Positions 25,468-38,841 of a DNA stretch of 64,000 nt are shown here, piece after piece. The stretch covers positions 23,808,001 through 23,872,000 of the forward strand of contig NC_042999.1 of NCBI RefSeq assembly GCF_006345805.1. Direction: 5' to 3'. The translations under genes were made by a program, and so were the position numbers. Source of the DNA: Octopus sinensis (taxonomy: Eukaryota). A model generated the notes under the pieces. It saw only the letters and a program-made list of their open reading frames with translations, was not told the origin of the DNA and made no database searches. Numbering within the stretch: position 1 is the first letter of the stretch; each line of letters starts with the position of its first letter.

Positions 25468-25659
25468 CGATGAAATGCAAGGAAAAGGAAGAGTTCCAAT
25501 ACAAGACTAGCAGCTGTCAACCTTCGTGCGCTGATAGATCACCAAATTGCACAGGTTCCAGTCAAGGTGTGTGTTTGTAGACAAGGCTTTATTCTGAGTG
25601 GTGAACAGTGTGTACCTGAAACAGAATGCGGCTGTATCGACAACAAGATATATATGAAG
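25468..25659 (+). pseudogene. Gene A TIL exon with a +1 frameshift at about 25570
   Basis: MKCKEKEEFQYKTSSCQPSCADRSPNCTGSSQG / CVCRQGFILSGEQCVPETECGC; 192 nt versus 191 nt in the intact paralog; TAG at 25578-25580. Confidence 0.88.
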
Positions 25660-26104
25660 GTAAAATACTGTATGAAAATTTGTATACATAGATGAAAATA
25701 GATACTAATACACGCGCGCACGCACACACACATAGACACACATATACACAGACTCAGACAGACTTTGGGCTGTATAATAAATACCATTAGGCATAAAAGA
25801 TATGGATAGGTTATCATTTATTAAATTAATTACTGTTGGTGTTTACTTTGGAACCGACCATCTGGTCACGATGTATATTTTCTTTATATAAAAGCTCACG
25901 TGTTACACTAACAGAAATTAAACTAGGATTATCAATGATAGCGTATTCTAATGTATTATCATACGTGATAAAACAAGGCTTTGAGCTTCAGTCTTAGAAA
26001 CACCATCAATATTCTACTGGAATATTTTAAAGTTTCATTAAATGTTCAGTCCATAAATATACACTGGTATAATAAGGTTTCAATTTATTGAAACTTACCT
26101 ACAG

Positions 26105-26291
26105 GTTAATGAGGAAATTATATCAGCAGCAGATTGTAAACAAAGAAAATATGTAAACCTGGTAACGAAGTCGTAACAGAAGATATCACTCCTTGTGTGT
26201 GAAAACAGCCACTGCGGAATTGAAAGAGGAAGATATGCCTGTGTTTGTAAGGAAAATTTCATTCTTCAGAACGGAAAATGTGTTCACACTG
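26105..26291 (+). pseudogene. Gene A TILa/EGF-like exon, disrupted
   Basis: Near-identical to 41703-41886 but with a -1 and a +1 indel and TAA at 26174-26176. Confidence 0.88.
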
Positions 26292-27062
26292 GTGAGTAAA
26301 GGTTTTGTAATTATTATTAATGCATTTTCATTGAACTGGTAATTTTAGGCAAATATTTGTTCTTCGTTGTTTTCAAGTATAATTGTAATACACTTTTCAA
26401 ATTTTAGTCGAAATCCAATAATTTCTTGTGAGGTTGTAAGTTGATAAAATGGGGACCAGTCTTCAAGTAGTACTTGTTTTATTGATTAGATAAGAATGAG
26501 AGGCACTGCTTGACCTGGGCGGAATCTGGATCCAATATGCCAAGATGGACGAAATTCTGCTAAGTATTTCTGCGGTGAAGAAACGATTGAACCAGCTCTC
26601 TGGCTTTTTTTATAATAATGGTTACAAATTTTGGCAGATCGCTACAAATTTTGTGGAAGGGAAGGAAAGTGGATTACGTCAGCCCAAGTGCTCAACTGGT
26701 ACTTATTTCATTAGCTTTGAGAAAATGAAAGCCAAAATTCAACCACTGAGGAAATTGAACTCAGCGCAGTAACGATTCTGCCCGCGCAGCAGTAACAATT
26801 CTGCAAATTCGTTGCCTGAGATTCAGATATAAATAACAGAATGCAAATATTGGGTTAAAATCTCTTTGAACAGAATAAGTCAATGATTGTTGGGGAGATA
26901 TGAACAATAGAAAGTTAATCGGCCCGGAAAGAGTGAAAGGCAAAGACAACCTCGGCGGAATTTGAACTGAGAACGTAGATGCAGATTAAATACTGCAAAG
27001 CATTACGCAAACACACACAGACATACACACACATGTATATATACATATATATATATACATAC

Positions 27063-27110
<48 letters not shown>

Positions 27111-27119
27111 TATATATAT

Positions 27120-27153
<34 letters not shown>

Positions 27154-27875
27154 ATATATTATATATATATATATATATACATATACATTATTATATATAT
27201 ATATATATATATATACATATGTATGTATATATATAAATACGTATATAGATATAAGCATATACAAAAAAAAATATATATACTTATATATAAATGTATATTT
27301 ATACATGTACTTACGTATATATATATATATAAATAAAATAATGTATAAATATATGCATATATACATACATATAAGTACATACCTACGTATATGTATATAT
27401 ACATGCATACCTGCTTATGGACATCAAAAAAACTTTTAACACAATAAGAAACGAAAACATAAAAACGAAAACATAGAAAACGTACTTTTTTTCGAACAGC
27501 GAAAAATACAGAGAAACGAGACATGCAACAATAAAGAATATTCCCCTTCATAATTTTCCCCTGTTTCATCTACACTGCTTCGCGAAGGCAAGGACAATAC
27601 GCGACTTCGTTGTAACAGTACTTCCCGAAAAGTAAATCAAATAAATTTTGGGATTTTGCGGCGGAGGGTGAAAGTGGTAACAAGAACAGGACAGTGAAAA
27701 CAAGACAGTAAAAACAAACGGTGAAGGCTGTTGAGCCAAGACGATAGATAAATTATTATTAACGCTAGGAGGATGAGCTATGAGAGGAGACAGTTTTGAC
27801 TTTAGGAGAGAAATGGAGAGAAAGATAGATTCCCTTTCGTCACGTGTCAGCAACGAGAGAGCATATATATATATG

Positions 27876-27909
<34 letters not shown>

Positions 27910-27911
<2 letters not shown>

Positions 27912-28316
27912 TCTTTACTCTTTACTCTTTTACATGTTTCAGTCATTTGACTGCGGCCATGCTGGAGCACCGCCTTTAGTCGAGCAAATCGACCCCGGGA
28001 CTTATTCTTTGTAAGCCCAGTACTTATTCAATCGGTCTCTTTTGCCGAACCGCTAAGTGACGGGGACGTAAACACACCAGCATCGGTTGTAAGGAATGCT
28101 AGGGGTACAAACACAGACACACAAACACATACACATACATACATATACATATATACGACAGGCTTCTTTCAGTTTCCGTCTACCAAATCCACTCACAAGG
28201 CTTTGGTCGGCCCGAGGCTGTAGCAGAAGACACTTGCCCAAGATGCCACGCAGTGGGACTGAACCCGGAACAAAGTGGTTGGTTAGCAAGCTACTTACCA
28301 CACAGCCACTCCTGCG

Positions 28317-28320
<4 letters not shown>
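27910..28320 (-). mobile_element. SINE family A, near full length
   Basis: Head, central microsatellite and tail all present. Confidence 0.88.
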
Positions 28321-28364
<44 letters not shown>

Positions 28365-28615
28365 TCGTTCCTTCTCGATCCATGCCTGGCTCATAAGGGC
28401 CGGTTCCCCGGTTTCATTGGAGTAGGTTCCCCATCCGGCAGGGACGCCGGTCCGTCGCAGGTGAGCTGCTAGATGCCAGAAGAAAGACTGTGAGAAAGTT
28501 GTGGTGAAAGAGTCGGTTGTAGTTCGCCATTATCTTCTGCAGGGGCCGCGTGGAGCTTAGGAGTTTCCCTCATAAACACACACATCGTCCTGCTCTAATC
28601 ACGAGGCCATGTGAT

Positions 28616-28650
<35 letters not shown>

Positions 28651-29456
28651 GTGTGTGTTCGTGCGGTTACCATCTGGAGAGGCTCCTAAAAAGCAATGTC
28701 ATATCTGCGAACATGCTATAAAGCATCATGGTTTGTATGGTGACGAAGACACAGTATACGTTGGTAAGTTTACTCTCGATATTGTTGGATATTCGTGAAA
28801 TCAAGTTCCGCCGAGGCTGCATTTGCCTTTCGGTGGTTTACAGAATATGTATCAGCTGTAATCATCGAGTCCCTCCCTCAACGTTTCAGACCTTTTACCT
28901 TTAGCAGAAAGGATGTTATTTGACATTCGAATGTGGCAAACTGGTATAATGTTTAGGAGCATTTTTTCTTCCTTACGTTCTGAGTTCAAATTCCGCCGAG
29001 ATCGACTTTTATCCATTCGGGGTCGATGAAATAACAACCAGTTGCGCACCGGGGTCGATGAAATAACAAATAGTTGAGTACTAAGGTTAATGTAATCGAC
29101 TTGTCCCTTGTATCCCAAATTATAGGCCTTGTGCTCCAAGTAGAATGGATTATTATTGGCAGCCGTATTTCTATTGTGAATTCTGAGACGGACTTTACAC
29201 GCTGCACACATTGAAGACAATTAAAAAATCACGTTAGATATTATTAGTTTGTGAATAAATTAGTTATTCATATAACAATTGCATTAATTATTTAACAGTT
29301 GCATTGTTCTTCTTAATCGCAATTCACTCGACTGAGTGGACTTGTGATCGAAGGTGTTCTAACGATCACCACCTCCTCGTAGAGCCGAGCTAACCATTTA
29401 TTTCTTATCTTTTAAGGTTCTTTCAGAGTAAAATGTAGTTATCTGTCTGTGTTTGG

Positions 29457-29524
<68 letters not shown>

Positions 29525-29557
29525 TATCTATAAATATCTTATCTATCTATCTATCTC

Positions 29558-29610
<53 letters not shown>

Positions 29611-29620
29611 TTATCTATCA

Positions 29621-29697
<77 letters not shown>

Positions 29698-29830
29698 ATT
29701 TGCTTCACTTTGTTTAGTTCTCAGCTTGCTTGTTTCCCGGTATTTGAATTGAAAACATTGTATTTTATATAGATAAATATTGATATGTTTTAAAGATTTC
29801 TAAAGTTTTTCATTTTTTAATACTTTGCAG

Positions 29831-29897
29831 GTTTTTCTGAATGACCTATATCCTAAATTACGTCAAGTAAACCATTATATGTACAAGCACAAATAAA
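29831..29897 (+). CDS. Probable terminal exon of gene A ((G)FSE*), with a polyadenylation signal
   Basis: TACTTTGCAG|GT TTT TCT GAA TGA in phase 1; AATAAA at 29892-29897. Confidence 0.5.
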
Positions 29898-29984
29898 GAG
29901 TCTAAATATCTATTTGAAAAAATTCTTAGTCTTTCTTTAAATTCTTCTTTTAAAAATGTTTCGTCTTTAAAATCTTCTTGTGGT

Positions 29985-30380
29985 TATTAGAAATTGCTGC
30001 TGCTGTTTGTTTGTTTGTTGAGCGAAGCGGTCTTCGTTCTTGGGAGAAGTCCGAAACGTAGTCCTTTGCTATTCGTAAGACCCGCAGAAGAGAAAGCAGG
30101 CCAACCCCCGACACCGAGAGTATCGACGGATAGATGAATGCGCATTCAGTCTCAGCCGTTGCGTAGGAAGTCGGGGACAAGAAACAGGAGGAAGAAAGAG
30201 TGAGAGAAAGTTGGGGCAAAAGAGTACAACAGGGTCGCCACCACGCCCTGCTGGAGCCTCGTGGAGCTTTAGGTGTTTTCGCTCAATAAATACACACAAC
30301 GCCCGGTCTGGGAATCGAAACCGCGATCCTCCTACCGCGAGTCCGCTGCCCTAACCATTGGGCCATTGCGCCTCCACTTG
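29985..30380 (-). mobile_element. SINE family C (tRNA-like head GGAGGCGCAATGGCCCAGTGGTTAGGGCAGCGG); other copies at about 30885-31120(-), 44707-45080(+), 50575-50955(-) and 62158-62460(+)
   Basis: A-box and B-box-like motifs; mutual similarity among copies. Confidence 0.82.
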
Positions 30381-31480
30381 CTACTGCTGTTGATGTCTTG
30401 CTTTTGCATTTAAATTATTTCTAATAACTAATTGATGCATTTGAAAATGTGTTTGCCATACCTTATTCTTAACTTTGTTTTAAAACTATTTGAATGTTCT
30501 TACTAAATATATCTACGACAATCATCCAACCGGCCTCACTCTGAGCTCTGTAAATTTCTTGGTATAAATTTACTAACAACTCCATGATAATAAAAGTGTC
30601 TTGTATTCTTGCATGTGTAGATATACATAGACACAAATATGTGTAAGTTATATACAATGATATAGACAGATACGTGTGTATATATAAACATAAACATACA
30701 AACATACATGCACGCACACACTCATTCACATACAAATACATAAAAATATTTGAAGAAAAAGAGATATCCCACACATGAACAAATGTAGGGTTGGAAATGT
30801 ATCTGTGTTTAAATCGAATTGTAGTTTTTAATTTTTTAAGCAAATGTATTATAATACCTAAAAAAAAAAGAAGCACTCCGTCGATTACGACGAGGAGGGT
30901 TCCGGTTGATCCGATCAACGGAACAGCCTGCCCGTGAAATTAACGTGTAAGTGGCTGAGCACTCCACAGACACGTGTACCCTTAACGTAGTTCTCAGAGA
31001 TATTCAGCGTGACACAGAGAGTGACATGGCCTCGTGGAGTTTTAGGTGTTTTCGCTCAATAAACACTCACAACGCCCGGTCTGGTCTAACGCTGCTCTAA
31101 CCACTGGGCCATTGCGCCTCCGGTATTAACCATAAGATAATGCAGGGTGATTATAAACAAGAAAAAAGCAACAAAAATGGATCGATATTTCGGTACAATT
31201 CGGTGAAACTAAGAGGTTTTTTAAAATACTTTTCCTTTTCAACCTTAAACATACATACACATATATATACATATATATATATAAATAGATGAGTGTATTT
31301 TACCTTGTTAACAATTAACACGGAAAAAATAAATAGTTACCAGGGTAGCAAAAATCTCACAAGTAAAGGATGTTGTAACTCCTTGTTTATAAAGGTAGAA
31401 ACTTCGTGTTTACGTGGAATATTTTGAATAATATATGAATAAATAAATGGAGTTTAACGCAGGTGTAATCAAATATTTTT

Positions 31481-31566
31481 ACTTTCGACACATGTTTCGA
31501 AAATTCCACTGATACTATTCAAAAGAATACATGGTATAAACAATGCAATCTTCTCCTCAGGAAAGT
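31481..31566 (-). ncRNA. Type I hammerhead ribozyme motif in the Penelope 3' pseudo-LTR
   Basis: ACTTTC-CTGAGGA-GAAGATT...AATTTTC-GAAAC-atgt-GTC-GAAAGT: canonical core, 6-bp helix I, 7-bp helix II. Confidence 0.8.
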
Positions 31567-34341
31567 GAAAAAAGCGAAACTCGTCACTAAGACATTTTAG
31601 CAAAAAATGATGGATTTGTATAGCGATAGACAGAACGCTATTAATATTGTTAAAAAAAACGTTATATGATATAACGTCATAAGTAGCTAACAGAAAGAGT
31701 AGGGATATTAATAGTGAATGTTAAATATAAAGGAAATTAAAGTTTCAATTATATATAATGATAGAGGCTACTTATATTCACTAAATGTATGTTTTTGCCA
31801 ATGCTTACATCTGTAGGCTTGCTCTATAACCGTGTTTACTAGAGTATTTTTTAGAAAAAAATAATGAAAAATAGCTCAGAATTGCAGAGAAGACAGAATT
31901 CCTTGCCTTTGTCATATGGTATCGAAATTGAGAGAATCAACTATTCTAAATGAAATTGTTCATTGTGGTCTTTTAAATCCCAAATCAGTTTGCTGAGACC
32001 GGTACTATTACGTTTATTTCTATCCCTAAATGTTGAGTAATGAATAGAAATTCTCTTAGATAACTCTAACGATGTGATTCCAATGTAAAATCGTACTTTA
32101 TTACGAGTACTGATTATACACTGGTATATAGAATTTTAATCTTAGAGTTACTTGACATAAACTTAATTCTATTGGAATTGACTTCAGATACAATAACCTT
32201 GTTATTAATATTTCTAGAGGGTTGGATGGTATTAGCTAAATTAATGTTAGTATTTGTAAATGTATTAATAATTAACAGTTTGTTATTATGTGAAGAGATA
32301 ATTTGCAAGAGATTTTTTGTGTTTGAAAAACCTATCCTAACCTTATGTGAATTGATAGTAGAGTAATATTTAGAATTGTTTGGAAAATTCCCAGCAAAAG
32401 CTTGACGAAACAGCAGTGGGAGATTAGATTTAATTTGTCTCCTGTAAGGAATTATTAACCAAATATTTTTACTAGTATTCATAGCGTAATTACTTTTGAA
32501 GGTGTTATATTTACTTTTAGATCGATAATAGGGGATTAAATAAGGGTTATCTGCCTTCATTCGCTTTGTATCGGTGCGTAATTTATGTTTGTAATCAATA
32601 ATTCTTTTACGACTAGAAATCTTATCTACATTATTGAATTTACAATTAGACTGAGCAGAATCAATGTAGAAAATCTTCTCTGTATAACTTGCTTTAATTA
32701 AGGCAGAGTTATAGAATTTAGCGTTATTATTGAAAATATCAACATTAGCAGATAATTTAGATAATCTAAATGAAATATTCTTAACTAAGTTCTTAGTAAT
32801 TGCTCCAGGATGATTACTAAATTTGCTAATGTACTTTAGATTGGTTAACGGTTTACGATATGGGAAGTAAGTGTCACTGTGTAAATTAAGTGTAATATCT
32901 AAAAAGTTGGCCTTCGTCATATCGTCATCAAAAACGATTTTAAGCCCATTCTACTGAAAAAATTAACTAAACTATTCTTAACTTTTTGTACCTTTTGGTT
33001 GGAAACATTTTGGAGGTAAACAATCATCACGATATAGACCTCCATAAATGTTAGGGAACTCTTCAGCCATTTCAAAAAGAATATATATATACAGACCAAA
33101 TCAGCTATCTGTGCTGAATCAGAACTTCCCATTGGTATATCGAAACTATCTGGTGTGTCTTTACGGACCCACAACTTACCATCAAATTTAATAATAGATC
33201 TTCTGGCTGCCAACACAACATTAATTTCTTCTCGGGTGAGACCAGCTTTGTTATGAGCAAGCCAAAGAGCCTTATTAAGTACTATTGGATTGATAGATGA
33301 ATAAAAATTAGAAATATCAAACTGAATAAACTTAGTACTCACCTTATTGGTAATAGAACTAAACCAGTTAACTACTTCAAACGAATTAGTCCATAAACTA
33401 AGTTTTAATGTTTGATTAAATTAGGATATATTTATCTAGCATATTTTTACTAAGGATACCGATGTCAGAGCTAGAAGGGCAGATAAGCCTTAATGATGGG
33501 TTAGTAAAAAATTTAGTTTGCGATCCTTCAAAATGAACCGAGGTAGCTTAGGATCAAGTGGTTCTGTCTTCATTTGTAGGTTATATTTCACCATGATTTT
33601 CATAGCCTCAATGTTGGCTTTCTTAAGTATTCTTTTATCAGCAATTTTATACTTTTTCTGAATTTTTTTTTTAAGTAATTCCAAATAATAGTCTTTATCA
33701 AGTATGTATAGATTTCCAGTCTTATCAGATTGAACCAACATAGTATCCATAGAATTGATTTCTTTGGTGATGTTGCGAAGATACCTCAGATGTTTATTTC
33801 TTAGTGTTGATCGTTGAAAATTTACATGTCTTACAATGGACCAGAGATCATATTCAAATTGCTTCAATCTTGGGTTAAGCGGTGGACTATTTTTAAATTT
33901 AAATAACTTGTTGAACTCAGATGTTTTATCATTAGCATGTTGTTGAGTGTCATTTTTGTCAAAGAAAAAGGTAAGCCATCTTATTCGGTTGATGAATGAA
34001 TTTATCTTATTGACAAGTTGTTTAAGGAAAACATTCTTAGGTGGAATAGGAATGTCCTTAAGAGATGCGTTAATATTCAATAACTCCATATGCTGTAACT
34101 CTTCAGTTAGCAGGTTATTAATAAACCTGATTAAAGTATATAAATAGATGAGTGTATTTTACCTTGTTAACAATTAACACGGAAAAAATAAATAAATAGT
34201 TACCAGGGTAGCAAAAATCGCACAAGTAAAGATGTTGTAACTCCTTGTTTATAAAGGTAGAAACTTCGTGTTTACGTGGAATATTTTGAATAATATATGA
34301 ATAAATAAATGGAGTTTAACGCAGGTGTAATCAAAATTTTT

Positions 34342-34427
34342 ACTTTCGACACATGTTTCGAAAATTCCACTGATACTATTCAAAAGAATAAATGGTATAA
34401 ACAATGCAATCTCCTCCTCAGAAAAGT
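34342..34427 (-). ncRNA. Type I hammerhead ribozyme motif in the Penelope 5' pseudo-LTR
   Basis: Same motif; its two differences from the 31.5-kb copy both give G-U pairs. Confidence 0.75.
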
Positions 34428-34699
34428 GAAAAAAGCGAAACTCGTCAATAAGACATTTTAGCAAAAAATGATGGATTTGTATAGCGATAGACAGAACACT
34501 ATTAATATTGTTAAAAAAAACGTTATATGATATAACGTCATAAGTAGCTAACAGAAAGAGTAGTGATACCAATAGTGAATGTTAAATATAAAGGAAATTA
34601 AAGTTTAAATTAGTGTAAGCATTGGCAAAAACATACATTTAGTGCATATAAGTAGTCTCTATCATTATATATAATTTAATCTTTAATATCCTTTATATT

Positions 34700-34900
34700 T
34701 AACCTTTGTCTGCCTCTTCTTTTTTCTTAACTTTGCTTCCATGAAGAATTGTCCTTGCAAGACCTCTGCATCTTCTTACATGGTTATGTCTCTCAGCTTT
34801 CTTTTTGTTCGCCGTTGTGACGAATTCATAGGGACCAAAATGATGTAATTTACATAAGTCACATGCCTACGTCAGACAAACAAGGGCGATGCTTCCTGCT
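34700..34900 (-). mobile_element. RTE-like LINE C-terminal fragment
   Basis: Degenerate KRKL..HV.R..GLARTILHG.VK..RRGRQR-like translation. Confidence 0.45.
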
Positions 34901-35032
34901 GCTAGTCCATACATTTAAAACAAGGAGCCATTTAAACTCATTATAATGTAGTATGTTAGTTCACAGCACATGCATTTTTATATCAAATTACACAATAAAT
35001 AAGAATAATTGCAGCAACTTTACTAATAAGAA

Positions 35033-35192
35033 CGCAGGAGTGACTGTGTGGTAAGGAGCTTGCTTACGAACCACATAGTTCCGGGTTAGTCCGACTGCGT
35101 GGCACATTGGGCAAGTGTCTTCTAGTATTGCCTCGGGCAGACCAAAGCCTTGTGAGTGGATATGGTAGATGGAAACTGAGAGAAGCCCGTCG

Positions 35193-35224
<32 letters not shown>

Positions 35225-36330
35225 AGTGTACGTTTGTGTGTGTGTGTGTATGTTTATGTGTCTGTGTTTGTCCCCCCAACATCACTTGACAACCGATTCT
35301 GGTGTGTTTACGTCCCCGTAACTTAGCGGTTTGGCAAGAGACACTGATAGAATAAGTACTAGGCTTACAAAGAATAAGTCCTGGGGTCGATTTGCTCGAC
35401 TAAAGCTGGTGCTCCAGCATGGCCGCAGTCAAGTGACTGAAACAAATAAAAGAGTAAAAGTAAAAAAGAATAAAAATAGCGAAATACTCAATAAATTAAG
35501 CACACAAATGCTTAACACTTAAAAATATATAATGAAAAATAATAAAAAAAGTGTTAAAAAAATCATATCTTGAAATTCATCTGGATTTAACGGTGTATAA
35601 TTTTAAATCCGGAGTTAATAATTTTATCAGTTATAAAATTATTGCCAAGACGTTTTTCAACTTTGTGTAGAACATACGGACAAACACGCCATTACAATAG
35701 TTTATTTTAAGATTAAGACGATCAAAAAGGCTCGGAGTATGAAACTATAGGATTAACAATCGCTGTTGTTCCGGACCAAACATAAAGAACTCATAAAGAT
35801 TTACGACATATATACACAAACAAAAACCATCAAAAAAACATCAAACATGAACATATATACATATGTATACACAAAAAACATCAAACATGAACATAGTCGT
35901 GTTTTTGAATATTATATCTCTTTACTCTTCTTTACTCTTTTATTAGTTTCAGTCATTTGACTGCGGCCATGCTGGAGCACCTCCTTTAATCGAGCCACTC
36001 GACCCCGGGACTTAATCTTTTGTAAGCCCTGTACTTATCCTATCGGGCTCCTTTGCCGAACCGCTAAGTAACGGGGACATAAACACACCAGCATCGGTTG
36101 TCAAGCAATGCTAGGGGGACAAACACAGACACACAAACACACACACGCATATTATATATACATACATTCGACGGGCTTCTTTCAGTTTCCGTCTACCAAA
36201 TCCACTCACAAGGCTTTGGTCGGTCCGAGGCTATAGTAGAAGACACTTGCCCAAGGTGCCACGCAGTGGGACTGAATCCGGAACCATGTGGTTGGTAAAC
36301 AAGCTACTTACACACAGCCACCCTCCGCGC
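35033..36330. mobile_element. Two family A SINEs in convergent orientation (35033-35460 + and 35920-36330 -)
   Basis: Both have head and tail. Confidence 0.85.
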
Positions 36331-37269
36331 CTGTGCAAAAGAAAAGCTGTTCCCTATTTACACATACACACACACACACCACACACACCACACACACAAA
36401 CACACACCACACACACACACACACACACAAGCACCCACAAACACACATGCGTGCGCAAATATATTATATTTATATAAAACTTGTGTTTTGCATTCCGGCA
36501 GATGTTTATTTCCGATAAATATCGATTATAATCACGCAACAAATAATTTGTTGTTTCGTGTTTTATATATTTACCTAGATTTTGTATTGTTTTTCACGTA
36601 ACAGCTCGTAAGTACTTAATCCTTAGTTGTCCATAATATATTGCTTATTGTTGCAGCGCATGGGTCAATGGTTAGAGCATCGGACTCACAATCATGAAGT
36701 AGTGAGTTCGATTCCTGACGAGGGCGTGCTGTGTGTTGTGCTCTTGAGCAAGACACTTTATTCAGGTTGCTCCAGTTCACTCAGCTGTAGCAATGAGTTG
36801 CCACGTCACTGACACCAAGCTGTATCGGCCTTTCCCTTTCCTTTGTGGTGTGGAGAGGAGGAGGCTGGTATGCATGGGTGACTGCTGGTCTTCCATAAAA
36901 ACCTTGCCCGGACTTGTGCCTCGGAGGGTGACTTTGTAGGTACAATCCCATGGTCAGTCATAACTGAAGTGGGTCTTTACCCTTTTAGTGATAGGGGAGT
37001 TGGGTCATCGATTCTCTTGTTCTATCGATCTTGTTAAAATTACGATCGAATGCTTAAGCTTCAACTGATAAATCGTATTCTTTCTTTTTTTCTTTGGCCA
37101 TGTTCAGTCCACATGAAGGACGAAGGCCTCAGCATGTTCTCTCCAACAACCACGGTCTGAGGTGGAGGCCGTGATTTTGAACTTGAGAACATACTGGTTT
37201 GGTGATCGTATTCTGGCACACTGGATTGACATGACTTGGCAGAGGTGTGCAGCTTTTATACTCATATCC

Positions 37270-38170
37270 AGGAGTAAAGTTGCCCAACTGGTACTATTTT
37301 ATCCACCTCAAAAGGAAAATCGACCTCGGCGGAATTCCAACTCAGAACGTAAGCACAGAAAAAATAGCGCTAAACATTTCGCCCGGCGTGGTAACGATTC
37401 TTATTGCTTTATTGCCCACAAAGGGCTACACACAGAGGGGACAAACAAGGACAGACAAACGGATTAAGTCGATTACATCGACCCCAGTGCGTAACTGGTA
37501 CTTATTTAATCGACCCCGAAATGATGAAAGGCACAGTCGACCTCCACGGAATTTGAACTCAGAACGTAACGGAAGACGAAATACCTATTTCTTTACAACC
37601 CACAAGGGGCCAAACACAGAGGGGACAAGCAAGGAAAGACAAAGGGATTAAGTCGATTATATCGACCTCAGTGCGTAACTGGTACTTCATTTATCGATCC
37701 CGGATGGATGAAAGGCAAAGTCGACCCGGCGGAATTTGAACTCAGAACGTAACGGCAGACAAAATACCGCTAAGCATTTCGCCCAGCGTGCTAACGATTC
37801 TTATTTCTTTACTGTCCACAAAGGGCTACACACAGAGGGAACAAACAAGGACAGACAAACGGATTAAGTCGATTACATCGACCCCAGTGCGTAACTGGTA
37901 CTTATTTAATCGACCCCGAAAAGATGAATGGCATAGTCGACCTCCACGGAATTTGAACTCAGAACGTAACGGCAGACGAAATACCTATTTCTTTACTACC
38001 CACAAGGGGCCAAACACAGAGGGACAACTGGTACTTCATTTATCGATCCCGGATGGATGAAAGGCAAAGTCGATCTCGGCGGAATTTGAACTCAGAACGT
38101 AACGGCAGACAAAATACCGCCAAGAATTTCACCCGGCGTGCTAACGTTTCTGCCAGAGCGCCGCCTTCAA
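37270..38170 (-). repeat. Tandem array of truncated family B SINE units (about 180-210 bp each)
   Basis: GGAATTTGAACTCAGAACGTAACGG recurs four times, with a fifth degenerate unit at the left. Confidence 0.88.
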
Positions 38171-38841
38171 AACGTATTATAATACCATACCCGTTTCAAC
38201 AATGCTTTGCTTGTCAATAGTAAAGAAAAACTGTTTAAGAGATACTGAAGATACCCTAGAAAAATCGGTAAAACTGGTTTAAAAATGAAATATTCAAACA
38301 AACTCCAATGTTCAGTTTTAAAATTTAATAGTATCTACTTGTTAGTATAACTATTTTTAATACGCTTATTAAACTACCATAGCGGTTTTAACAAATTTTT
38401 GCATCCAATTTTCAATGGTACACAATAAAGTTTCATAGAGATTGAAAGTATAAGAATAAATTTGGTAAAACACGCTTAAAAATCAAATGTCCATACATCA
38501 TCATAACCACTTGTTAATATAAGTTATTGGAAGCTACTGAACTCAATCAAATATAATCGATATGCAATTCATCAAATATTTGAACCTTTATCATTTTCTA
38601 AATTTATTGAATATTGGTATTTGTATGAACATTTGATGTTTTAATCATGTTTTACTGAACTTTCTTGCTTATCTTCAATTTCTTCCTTATCAGCGCAAAC
38701 CCCAAATTTGTTGAAACCAGTATGGTATATATATATATATATCTATATATATATATATATATATATATAGCGGAGTAACCACATAAATGTGAAATAAGGT
38801 GGAATAAAGAGTACTCAAATACCAGAGGTAGAGTAATATGC

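Larger units (their letters stand above)
5122..29844 (+). pseudogene. Gene A: secreted WSC-EGF-VWD-C8-TIL-TILa protein (FCGBP/zonadhesin-like); probable pseudogene or mis-assembled gene
   Basis: Eleven GT-AG exons with consistent phases. One exon is inverted, and the VWD, C8, TIL and TILa exons carry indels relative to intact paralogous exons right of the gap. Confidence 0.72.
31278..34676 (-). mobile_element. Penelope-like element, near full length and degenerate, with direct pseudo-LTRs and a 5' inverted piece
   Basis: RT motifs FDISNFYSSI, IPMGSSDS, GLYRDD, NFLDITL and PYRKP; GIY-YIG remnant IYQC...FYIG. Direct repeats of about 470 bp at 31278-31746 and 34137-34606; 34614-34676 is an inverted copy of 31747-31809. 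Confidence 0.9.

Noticed and set aside
19608-26291. Rescue of the gene A lesions by A-to-I RNA editing
   Set aside because: The lesions are insertions and deletions, which ADAR editing cannot repair.
37270-38170. CRISPR-like regularly spaced repeats (also the 93-bp repeat at 10626-10820)
   Set aside because: The units are SINE fragments or exact tandem duplicates with no unique spacers, there are no cas genes, and the context is eukaryotic.
38694-38719. Candidate 26-nt micro-exon (long pyrimidine tract, CAG acceptor, GTATGG donor)
   Set aside because: It has no recognisable domain or homology to the gene A exons, and no partner exon was found. It cannot be supported without RNA data.
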